DNA of 64,000 bases from an uncultured Candidatus Poseidoniales archaeon (GCA_964013425.1 CAXGWC010000004.1:18731-82730); one strand, 5' to 3'. Counted from the stretch's first letter, positions 8,274 to 15,996 are shown. Made by a program: numbers and translations. Notes: generated by a model from the sequence alone, not told the origin.

Positions 8274-10616
8274 TCATATGCCCACTTGCAATAACAGTAC
8301 AACCAGACTTGTTAGCATCCAGGCTCCCATCATCGATGAAGCTAGTCCCCATGCCCTAGGCCTGATGCCCTTACTCATCTGACCAAGTAGGAATGTTGTC
8401 TTTCCAAAGGAGGATGCTATAGCTCGAATTATTGACACTGTAATTCCAGCTGATATAAGGAATATAATCAGCACTAGAATAGATGAAACCGTCCCAAGCA
8501 GTCCTGATCTTGCAATGGAGCCTATTCCTTGTGGGATTAGGTATGGCATTCTGAGCCATGAAAGCCACGCTAGCCAGAGTCCGAGGTATGCGTCTCTGGT
8601 GAAGTCACTTTGCCCCCTCCATTCCCTGTAAGCAGTAGGTAACTTTGAGTATGCAATAGGAGATAGTTTCTCTATCTCAAGAATCGAACCTCCGAGTAGA
8701 GTCGAAAGTCCGTGATAGATTAGTACGATTGACAGGGCGATCTCAATGAGGAGCCACGATGTAGAGAGTCCTAGGGACGCCATTATAGATACAGGAATTG
8801 CCCAGATTGCGAATCCTAGGGATGCTGCTGTTGTAGTCATGATTACGCCCAGGAATGGATTCATTCCCTTTCCTGGTTCATCCTCTCTCCTGTTCTTGGT
8901 AGGAAGTCCCAGGATAGCTAGCGGTATTAGTGCTGTAGATATTATCATCGAGATTAAGTCATAAGGACCGTTTCCAGATCCTCTGAGGCCTGATTCGACG
9001 GCATCACTAATCTCGTTAGGAGCCATTGTTCCGGGACTCCAAGATGAGATAAATCCCGCTGGATCAATAACTATCACTGCATCGGTCGGCCCGCTTGGAA
9101 ATGCTAAGCCCGTACTAGAGTCTGGTTCATCCATGAGTAACGGCCAGGATTCATTGATAGAAAGCGCATGTCCGTCTAGATTGACAGCTGAAAGTTCCCC
9201 CCCTGTTGCAATCTGGACGAACTTTACATCTTGTTCTAGAATTATTTTAGCTGACTCGAAGTCCCCTCTCTGATGCTCTGCATAGGGAGATCCAGATTGG
9301 AACAAACCCACCACAACAGCATCGGAACTATCCATGAGATCTGCTAGGGATACAGAAACCTGATCAGAGCTATGGGACAATAAAACGAATGAGGGGGCTG
9401 CCCCTCTTCCTCCATCTGACTCTGGATCTATGTTTGGCAGTTGTGAAGCTGGCCCCAGTACCGAAATAGCAAGAAGGATGATCACCAAGTAAGCCATCAG
9501 GGGAAGTGTTGCCTCACGAATTGAGAAGAATATCCACAATATCATGGAAAGGGGTATCATAAAGACGGCCCATGAGCTTCCTAGAAGGGGCTCGGGGTCT
9601 TCAAGAACCTCAAATCTTAGCATCCCAACCGAATGGCAGGTACTACTTGGCTCCTGATCAGTGAGGACGAAGCACCCATCGACCATATATTTTCCAGGGG
9701 AGAGAGGCTTGTCCGCCGACCATGCCCTCACAGATCGATTTGCCTCCCCTACCATCGTGGTATGAGGAGTCTCGAAGTGGTCCAATCTCTGATCCTCATC
9801 ACCATTGCCGTGGACCATTTCATCCCAGTCCATAGGCCCCACTATCTCCATAACCTGCCAGTCAAAGTCTGACTCACCCCAAGGAGAGAGTGGGGTGAAC
9901 TGCACTCTGGCCATCCTATTGGAGTCAATCTTCACTTCTAATGAAGGATCTAAGATATCACCGTCGAGGATTATTCTCGAGCCTGCGTCATATGAACCCC
10001 ACCAAAGAACACCTCCTTGAATGCATTCGTGTTGCACGTCTACTCTCAATGATATCATATCCCCTGATGACAATGAGACGTTGACGTCATTAGCCTGTAC
10101 TGTGAACTCATGGGCCATGCCGAAAGATTCCTCCATAGCAAGAGAGTTGGATGAAACCTGAGTCAACACAGGGTTTGATCCCATGCTGAGCCAAACAATG
10201 AATGACGTCTCTGAACCAGCAGAACCGGGAAGAACATTGGAGAGTCGACAGGCATCATTGGTAGTCTCCAAAGATGCAAAAAGTTTCACTGTGACGTTGC
10301 CTTGAAACCTCAGTGACTCTGTGAGAGGTGCTGATTCAATATCGATCAGATTGGGGGAAAGTGCGGAGCTGGACTTGGTGAACTCTGCCCTGCCCAGGGG
10401 CTCGCCTGTAAGCTTGGACCAGTTCCTATCTAGGAAGGGCTCGCTTAGATCGCCCTTCAGGAAAAGATTGTGCTCAGTGGGGAGGGACCAGCTCTCTCCC
10501 GGCCCCTCGGGACCTGTTGTAGACTGGCTTGATACCAGGGGGGAACACATCATTACTGAAAGCATGAATAATGCCAGAGGGATCATTACACTCGAGCTGG
10601 GCACGCCATCAGACAT
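8274..10616 (-). CDS. Large membrane protein with a signal peptide, an ectodomain of about 340 aa, TM helices, a Cys-less thioredoxin/TlpA-like domain and a C-terminal polytopic region
   Basis: 780-aa ORF. The N-terminal signal is MIPLALFMLSVMMCSPLVSS. The central segment reads APSFVLLSHSSDQVSVSLADL..AVVVGLFQSGSPYAE...VIVIDPAGFISS. This follows the redoxin/TlpA pattern, but SPYA occupies the place of CxxC. The C-terminal 230 aa contain multiple TM helices. Confidence 0.65.
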   Translation of the reverse strand: MSDGVPSSSVMIPLALFMLSVMMCSPLVSSQSTTGPEGPGESWSLPTEHNLFLKGDLSEPFLDRNWSKLTGEPLGRAEFTKSSSALSPNLIDIESAPLTESLRFQGNVTVKLFASLETTNDACRLSNVLPGSAGSETSFIVWLSMGSNPVLTQVSSNSLAMEESFGMAHEFTVQANDVNVSLSSGDMISLRVDVQHECIQGGVLWWGSYDAGSRIILDGDILDPSLEVKIDSNRMARVQFTPLSPWGESDFDWQVMEIVGPMDWDEMVHGNGDEDQRLDHFETPHTTMVGEANRSVRAWSADKPLSPGKYMVDGCFVLTDQEPSSTCHSVGMLRFEVLEDPEPLLGSSWAVFMIPLSMILWIFFSIREATLPLMAYLVIILLAISVLGPASQLPNIDPESDGGRGAAPSFVLLSHSSDQVSVSLADLMDSSDAVVVGLFQSGSPYAEHQRGDFESAKIILEQDVKFVQIATGGELSAVNLDGHALSINESWPLLMDEPDSSTGLAFPSGPTDAVIVIDPAGFISSWSPGTMAPNEISDAVESGLRGSGNGPYDLISMIISTALIPLAILGLPTKNRREDEPGKGMNPFLGVIMTTTAASLGFAIWAIPVSIMASLGLSTSWLLIEIALSIVLIYHGLSTLLGGSILEIEKLSPIAYSKLPTAYREWRGQSDFTRDAYLGLWLAWLSWLRMPYLIPQGIGSIARSGLLGTVSSILVLIIFLISAGITVSIIRAIASSFGKTTFLLGQMSKGIRPRAWGLASSMMGAWMLTSLVVLLLQVGI

Positions 10617-10663
10617 GGTCCCCGCTACAGGGGGTGGTGTTCAAACCCAACGGCTAACAGTTC

Positions 10664-11404
10664 CTAGAGGAACTGATTGGTGAACAGCACTGCGAGTACC
10701 GCTCCAGATGAAGTTGCTAGTAGATTCACTGTGTGCTTTCCCACATATCCATCGTTCTCCAAGAGTGCCCCCAATAGTGAATCTATCTGACAACCCAACC
10801 AACCGATTGTAGACACCACCAGGATCAAGGTCACTAGTGATATTTCATATTCCTGCTGAGAAGCGAGAAAGGCCGATACTAGGGCTATTGAAAGTGCTCC
10901 AGCCACTGCGGCCAATGTGCCCGTGGGAGACATTCCCCCATTGGTTCCTTGTGGCACGGCCTGGAGATTGATGATGCTCCTAGTTCTAGTGTCGAGTGAC
11001 CCTATTTCTGATGCAAGGGTATCTGAGCAGGCTACTGCGACACATGAGGACAGGGCCAGATAGTCCCAACCAGTCCCAGGTAGTTGCCAGTGAATGATGG
11101 ATACCGCCATAGGAGCGGTGCCATTGGCCAGAACGTTCCGCCACCCTCTGAGCCCCTCATTGGCCTCGGCAAGAGATATTGCCATCTTCTCCTCAAACTT
11201 CCACTTAGTCGCACTGGAGCCTAGTGCTAGGAAGGACATTAGGATCACTAGCCATGTCCAGTGACCTGCCAGTGAAACAGTAAGACCGACGGTTGTTGCG
11301 GCCACAATACCGCCATTGTCGAGCATATCTCTCGCCTTGCTGATGATCAATAAACAGGTCACCAATGCTAGTGAAATAATCTGGTCATCAGAGATATCGA
11401 CCAT
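10664..11404 (-). CDS. DUF92/TMEM19-family integral membrane protein
   Basis: 246 aa and polytopic. Carries the family-typical motifs ACSDTLASEIGSL and VPQGTNGGMSPTGTLAAVAGA. Confidence 0.7.
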   Translation of the reverse strand: MVDISDDQIISLALVTCLLIISKARDMLDNGGIVAATTVGLTVSLAGHWTWLVILMSFLALGSSATKWKFEEKMAISLAEANEGLRGWRNVLANGTAPMAVSIIHWQLPGTGWDYLALSSCVAVACSDTLASEIGSLDTRTRSIINLQAVPQGTNGGMSPTGTLAAVAGALSIALVSAFLASQQEYEISLVTLILVVSTIGWLGCQIDSLLGALLENDGYVGKHTVNLLATSSGAVLAVLFTNQFL

Positions 11405-11533
11405 GACACAACCGTACTACTTAGGAGGCCCACTGGTCAAGAATGATTCCCTGGATTCAGAGGTGAGACAGCTTATTGGGGAATATGTGAATAGTGCGAC
11501 CTTTCCTCACATGTCATGCGGGGGGAGTAAAAT

Positions 11534-12313
11534 TTGCTTCAGAGGGCGTTCATTAATTTATTTACTATGAAACCGGTTTTCCCTCCTGAACCTGTCTTTG
11601 ATTATTCTTCGGAAGGGGTCAGCAAGAATAAACTTACATCTTGGGCGGTGATAGTATCGTTTCTTGTATCGTACTTGCTGATCATGATTTTGGGAATTTT
11701 AGCTTTTACAGTACCTTTGCTATTAGTTGGGATTTCGGAGGGTCCAGCATTCTCTATTTCCATGATTATGATCGAAGCCTTACTTATCCCGATGATTTTG
11801 CTATTTATCTATCTAGACGGTAGCCTGGAGAGGACGAAGGTGTTACTCCATATCGGGTCTCTCAAGAGAGGGCTGTTCTTAGGGCTTGGAATTCCTGTAT
11901 TCGCAATGATTGTGGATAATATAGCTGTGTTAATTTACGCGATAGCCTTCATATTTTTCTTTGGTGAACCAACAACAATCACAGAGCTTCCGGGTGGAAC
12001 TTCTTGGGATTCATCACCTGTAGCACTTATCCTCACATTCATCTCGATATGCATCCTGACTCCAATTTCTGAAGAGTTGCTGTTCAGGGGGTATATACTG
12101 GATGCATTGAATCGCCTACATGGGAAATGGCCAGCGATAATAATTAGCTCGATAATTTTTGGAATGGTGCACTTTGATCCCTTTACCATGGGGATGGCAA
12201 CTATCGGGGGAGTGATATATGGTTGGATCAGAATGAGGACCGGTAGTCTGGTACCCGGGATTGTTGCACATGCAATGTGGAATACGATGGCACTAATGGT
12301 CACTTACCTTTAG
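11534..12313 (+). CDS. CPBP-family intramembrane glutamic/metallo-protease (CAAX protease / Abi family)
   Basis: Carries the three CPBP motifs SEELLFRGY (EExxxR), FGMVHF (FxxxH) and HAMWN (HxxxN) in a polytopic protein. The track start is TTG 11534. The ATG at 11567 (MKPVF...), just after a TATA-like ttaatttattt, is an equally likely start. Confidence 0.85.
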   Translation: MLQRAFINLFTMKPVFPPEPVFDYSSEGVSKNKLTSWAVIVSFLVSYLLIMILGILAFTVPLLLVGISEGPAFSISMIMIEALLIPMILLFIYLDGSLERTKVLLHIGSLKRGLFLGLGIPVFAMIVDNIAVLIYAIAFIFFFGEPTTITELPGGTSWDSSPVALILTFISICILTPISEELLFRGYILDALNRLHGKWPAIIISSIIFGMVHFDPFTMGMATIGGVIYGWIRMRTGSLVPGIVAHAMWNTMALMVTYL

Positions 12314-12314
12314 T

Positions 12315-12379
12315 GTCGCTCAGATCGCCCATCACTCTTGATGCCTGATGCACCCGGTGCGGTTCCTCATCACTGCGAC
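12315..12379 (-). ncRNA. Candidate box C/D-like sRNA, or a structured bidirectional terminator
   Basis: Minus strand reads GUCGC-A-GUGAUGA-(43 nt)-CUGA-GCGAC. That is a perfect box C and box D flanked by a 5-bp terminal stem, lying between two convergent genes. The internal C'/D' boxes are poor (GUGAUGG lies only 5 nt from box D), so the call is weak. Confidence 0.25.
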
Positions 12380-12416
12380 GTATATCGTAGGAGGCATCAC
12401 ATATTGACTTGGCGAG

Positions 12417-12608
12417 TCACAATACTGTTCCACACAGTCCACAGAAAAGTTCGTTTCTGACGCTGTCCCTTTGCATGGTCCACTCCCCACACGAAGGACA
12501 AGGAGGGAGTCCCTTTTCGCTCGGAGTAATTTTCGTTTTGCTTCTGAAGATTCTCTTGTATCTTTTTGGGCGCCACCAACCTTTTGATGGCCTCCTGATC
12601 TTCGGCAT
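12417..12608 (-). CDS. Small basic zinc-ribbon protein (TFIIB-type ribbon, 63 aa)
   Basis: CPSCG-x17-CGLCGTVL has the CxxC...CxxC spacing, and the RNELFCGLCGTV context resembles TFIIB/TFB N-terminal ribbons. The N-terminal 30 aa are Lys/Arg-rich. It is the only one of four overlapping ORFs here with a recognisable motif. Confidence 0.5.
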   Translation of the reverse strand: MPKIRRPSKGWWRPKRYKRIFRSKTKITPSEKGLPPCPSCGEWTMQRDSVRNELFCGLCGTVL

Positions 12609-12658
12609 AACAGCTCCACTAGCGGTATACTCATGAGGTTATTCACCGACGAAGTTCT

Positions 12659-13609
12659 ATGAGAACGAGGGGCCCGATGGCAGACGTATCCGTGATAGGT
12701 GCTGGTGTGTCCGGCCTCAGTACTGGGATAAGACTGCTAGAAGCGGGGTATAAGGTGAAGATTTTTTCACAATACTCCTCTCCAAATACAGTTTCAGATA
12801 CTGCTGCTGCTTGGTGGTATCCCTTTTTGGTAGAGCCTGTGGAAAAGACCAACAGATGGTCGGCTGAGACTTTTACTGAGCTAGTGAGACTGAGTGAGGA
12901 AGAGGGGTTGTCTTGCATAACAATGCGATTAGGAAAAGAGTACCTAGAACAAGAATGCGAACCCCCCGGATGGAGTAATGTAATTCCTCACTTCAGGATT
13001 CTTGAAAAAGATGAGGTTGCTGATGGATACTCATTTGGCTGGGAGATTGAGGCCCCCGTCATAGAGATGCATCTGTATATGCCATGGCTCGAACATCGAT
13101 TCATCGAAATGGGAGGCGAGATTATCACGAGGCACGTCAAGCAGATCTCAGAGTTGCCTGGGGAGTATGTGGTGAATTGCTGTGGCCTTGGTGGCAAGGA
13201 GTTGTGCAATGACCACAGCTTGGAGCCCGTTAGGGGACAAATTGTGTATACAACACAAGACCCGGGATTTGGAAGGTTTGATCAACGTCCAGAATCTTTG
13301 ATTTATACGATTCCGAGAAGAGATGTGACAGTTCTCGGGGGCACTGCTCAGAGAGGAGACTGGGATGAGGACATCCGAGACGAGGACACTGAACTAATAT
13401 TGCGTAAATGTCAGTCGCTTTGGCCTGAGCTTGACAGAAGTAAGGTAGTGGGCGTTTCTGTTGGCTTACGCCCTTCCAGAAAAGAGGTAAGGCTCGAAGT
13501 CGAGAGTATCTTAGGAAGGTTGGTGGTTCACAACTACGGCCATGGAGGGGCTGGTGTGACCCTTTCCTGGGGGTGTGCGGACGAAGTGGTGAGGCTTCTT
13601 TCTCAGTAA
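12659..13609 (+). CDS. FAD-dependent D-amino-acid oxidase (DAAO family)
   Basis: Rossmann motif VSVIGAGVSGLSTG, VNCCGLG, RPVRGQI, GLRPSR and the DAAO hallmark HNYGHGGAGVTLSWGCA, collinear with eukaryotic DAAO. The likely true start is the ATG at 12677 (MADVSVIGAG). Confidence 0.85.
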   Translation: MRTRGPMADVSVIGAGVSGLSTGIRLLEAGYKVKIFSQYSSPNTVSDTAAAWWYPFLVEPVEKTNRWSAETFTELVRLSEEEGLSCITMRLGKEYLEQECEPPGWSNVIPHFRILEKDEVADGYSFGWEIEAPVIEMHLYMPWLEHRFIEMGGEIITRHVKQISELPGEYVVNCCGLGGKELCNDHSLEPVRGQIVYTTQDPGFGRFDQRPESLIYTIPRRDVTVLGGTAQRGDWDEDIRDEDTELILRKCQSLWPELDRSKVVGVSVGLRPSRKEVRLEVESILGRLVVHNYGHGGAGVTLSWGCADEVVRLLSQ

Positions 13610-14610
13610 GATGCCTTGGTGGTGGTTATGACTACCGCGCCTATTTTGTATGGGTCACCGTTTGAGGATGGCCTTCTATCTTCCAATCTTCCTTTCCAGC
13701 CATCTTCTATGGTCCCTATTGGAATCCTAATCGATGCTCCCCTGTCGGAAACACCGTATGAGAACTCATGGATCGATTGGGTCTCGTGTAGCCCCGTCAG
13801 TCTTTGTTCATTATGAGCTCCATAGACGTCTATGTGCTTCTTGATGTTCTTCCCGAATTCCTCGCAAATTTGACTCATGAGCTCTTCTCCGCCTTCATCC
13901 CTCATCCTGCCATCGCTGAAGTTGACATGCATTCCCGAACCGTTCCAATCTGTGGCCCCTAGTGGCTTAGGGTGCCATTCTATCGCGAGTCCATACTTCT
14001 CTGCATTCCTTTCAGCTAGGTACCTAGATACCCATATCTGATCTCCCGCCTCCTTTGCGCCCTTGGCAAAAATCTGGTACTCCCACTGTCCGACTGCAAC
14101 TTCTGCGTTTATTCCCTCAACGTTCAGGCCGGCTTCCAGACACATGTCCAAGTGCGCCTCTATGATATCCCTTCCAAAGGTGTTCTTCCCTCCTACCGAG
14201 CAATAGAATTGCCCTTGAGGCGTTTGATCTCGTGGGAAGCCGAGGGGTAGATTGGTTTCTGGATCCCAGAGAAAGTACTCCTGCTCATAGCCAAACCAAA
14301 AGTCATCATCGTCTTCTTCTATTGTTGCTCTACCGTTTGATGGATGAGGAGTTCCATCGGCATTGAGGACCTCGCACATTACGAGATATCCGTTGATTCT
14401 GTCTGGATCGGGGCAGATGAATACTGGCTTCAGGAGGCAATCGGAATCCCCTCCTTCGGCCTGCAGGGTCGAAGATCCGTCGAATGACCACATTGGACAT
14501 TCTTCCACTGTCCCCCCGAAATCACTTCTAATCATCGTCTTGCTTCTCATGCTCTGTGTTGGTTCGTATCCATCTAGCCAGATGTACTCCAATTTCGACT
14601 TAGTCGCCAT
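13603..14610 (-). CDS. glnII: Glutamine synthetase type II (GlnII)
   Basis: 335 aa and collinear with rhizobial/eukaryotic GSII. Shared motifs: KLEYIWLDGY, FDGSSTLQAEG, FGYEQEYF, GINAEVAVGQWEYQI, DWNGSGMHVNFS, RLTGLHETQSIHEFSYGVSDRGASIRIP and EDRRPSSNGDPY. Confidence 0.92.
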   Translation of the reverse strand: MATKSKLEYIWLDGYEPTQSMRSKTMIRSDFGGTVEECPMWSFDGSSTLQAEGGDSDCLLKPVFICPDPDRINGYLVMCEVLNADGTPHPSNGRATIEEDDDDFWFGYEQEYFLWDPETNLPLGFPRDQTPQGQFYCSVGGKNTFGRDIIEAHLDMCLEAGLNVEGINAEVAVGQWEYQIFAKGAKEAGDQIWVSRYLAERNAEKYGLAIEWHPKPLGATDWNGSGMHVNFSDGRMRDEGGEELMSQICEEFGKNIKKHIDVYGAHNEQRLTGLHETQSIHEFSYGVSDRGASIRIPIGTIEDGWKGRLEDRRPSSNGDPYKIGAVVITTTKASY

Positions 14611-14825
14611 GTCTATGCTGGAGAAATAGACGGTTTATTAATTGAATCTATGTGCAGTAAAGTAATCAATTTATAACAAAATATTCAGAATAAATGCTAA
14701 TTAATGAACGATTGATAATTATTATGTATTTTTATTCGATTGTTTTGATAAATAAACCAAATATTTCAGAATCAAATTAGCGAACGTTCAACGATAATAA
14801 CAGATTTGGCCCAGTTTAGCTAAAA
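14611..14825. promoter_or_regulatory. AT-rich intergenic region upstream of glnII, with a repeated ATATT(T)CAGAAT motif and a TATA-like element
   Basis: I counted 24 G+C in the 120 nt from 14641 to 14760 (20 %). CAAAATATTCAGAATAAAT (14677-14695) and CAAATATTTCAGAATCAAAT (14758-14777) are near-identical and 80 bp apart. GAACGATTGATAAT (14706-14719) resembles GAACGTTCAACGATAAT (14782-14798). On the minus strand, TTAATAAAC sits about 25-35 nt upstream of the glnII ATG. Confidence 0.4.
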
Positions 14826-14902
14826 TGGTGGACGTGCCGAGATTTGAACTCGGGGCCTCTTCCATGCCAAGGAAGCGCGCTTCCAGGCTGCGCCACACGC
14901 CC
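14826..14902 (-). tRNA. tRNA-Ala (anticodon GGC)
   Basis: Minus strand reads GGGCGUG...CACGUCC-A-CCA with the G3:U70 alanine identity pair. Anticodon stem CUUCC/GGAAG with loop UU-GGC-AU. T arm CCGAG-UUCAAAU-CUCGG. CCA is encoded. Confidence 0.9.
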
Positions 14903-14966
14903 AATAAGCAGGCGACTAACTAGGTCCATTTAAGGAGAATGGGCAAGAGGGGCATACAGACTCAGC

Positions 14967-15491
14967 ATGGTTGGAGATCCGGAGATTCCGAAAAAGTTGC
15001 TTGATGACATCAGAGTAGCTCTGGCAGGAAAGGAAGCACCATTCCTGAGATTCATAGATGGCGAACTAGAAGTCAAATGGCTGGATGAGGGGGACTCTCG
15101 TTTGGGCATTACAAGATTTGAATGTGACCATCATGAGATATACAGGAGGAAAAGACTGGGCCTACCCCCTGGTAAAGTATCCATAGGAATTAATCCAATT
15201 CTGAAAGGGGACGAAGCACTGTACCTACACACACTTACACACGAGTTGCTTCATGCCGCTGGATTTCTGGACCACGACGGAGCTCATTCGGACATAGTTG
15301 CAGAAGTTGCTCCGGCCCCTCGATTGAGAGATTCTGCTGTGTTGAGGGGAATAAGGGAAGAGGTATTGTCGACTCTTCCGGAAAGACAGTGGATTTGTGG
15401 AAATTGCGGACATTCTTGGGAGAGACGGAGGGTAACTAAGCCTGTCAGATGCCCCAAGTGCGCTAGGCCTTTCACAAAATCTGGAAAGTAG
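14967..15491 (+). CDS. Putative HExxH zinc metalloprotease with a C-terminal zinc ribbon (SprT/Wss1-like architecture)
   Basis: 174 aa. HTLTHELLHAAGF (HExxH) is followed by CGNCGH-x15-CPKCARPF. The family assignment rests on architecture only. Confidence 0.55.
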   Translation: MVGDPEIPKKLLDDIRVALAGKEAPFLRFIDGELEVKWLDEGDSRLGITRFECDHHEIYRRKRLGLPPGKVSIGINPILKGDEALYLHTLTHELLHAAGFLDHDGAHSDIVAEVAPAPRLRDSAVLRGIREEVLSTLPERQWICGNCGHSWERRRVTKPVRCPKCARPFTKSGK

Positions 15492-15523
15492 GGTTCATCT
15501 AATTGGAGCGTGCGCGGTAGTAC

Positions 15524-15600
15524 GGGCGATTAGTGTAGTCTGGATATCATCCCGGCCTTCTAAGCCGGTGACACGGGTTCGAATCCTGTATCGCCCGCCA
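15524..15600 (+). tRNA. tRNA-Arg (anticodon UCU)
   Basis: Acceptor GGGCGAU/AUCGCCC. Anticodon stem CCGGC/GCCGG with loop CU-UCU-AA. T arm ACGGG-UUCGAAU-CCUGU. Discriminator G with encoded CCA. Confidence 0.9.
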
Positions 15601-15655
15601 TTATTTGGCTTGTCTCACGAATCGCTCATATACGGGCAGTAGGTCGGCCGGGCCC

Positions 15656-15763
15656 ATGAAGAGAGGTTCCCGCGCTTGGAAGAAGCGAGGGCAGCAGCGC
15701 TGGAAGTGGCGTAAGAAGAAGCTGAGAAGGAGAAAGGCCGCTCGTAAAAGAGCGAAGCAGTAG
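15656..15763 (+). CDS. rpl41e: Ribosomal protein eL41 (L41e), 35 aa
   Basis: Not in the ORF track (under 60 aa). The translation is MKRGSRAWKKRGQQRWKWRKKKLRRRKAARKRAKQ. This matches the archaeal L41e pattern as I recall it ([34 protein letters not shown] in Methanocaldococcus). It lies 56 nt downstream of tRNA-Arg. Confidence 0.7.
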   Translation: MKRGSRAWKKRGQQRWKWRKKKLRRRKAARKRAKQ

Positions 15764-15996
15764 TTGTTTTTCGCTAAAATTCGTCTTTATTGAGTTTGTA
15801 AGTGATCAACTCGCTTTTTCACCCATAATTCATTCTGTCGGATGGAATTGATAAATTAGACATCCGGGATAGTGGCTGGCATCGGAAGGTATTGTCTGTG
15901 GCGTATTGTCCTATCATGATTGATTAACGGGAAATCACTGTGATGTAAACAAACAATCAGACGCATAATTGATATCTGGTTTATCTATGGAACTGC

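Noticed and set aside
14871-14884. Perfect palindrome GGAAGCGCGCTTCC resembling the NrpR operator (GGAA-N6-TTCC), near the glutamine synthetase gene
   Set aside because: It lies entirely inside the tRNA-Ala body (D arm and anticodon stem), so tRNA structure explains the symmetry rather than a nitrogen operator.
8018-15600. All three tRNA genes encode the 3' CCA
   Set aside because: It is real in the sequence, but encoded CCA occurs in a fraction of archaeal tRNA genes. With only three genes it is not informative.
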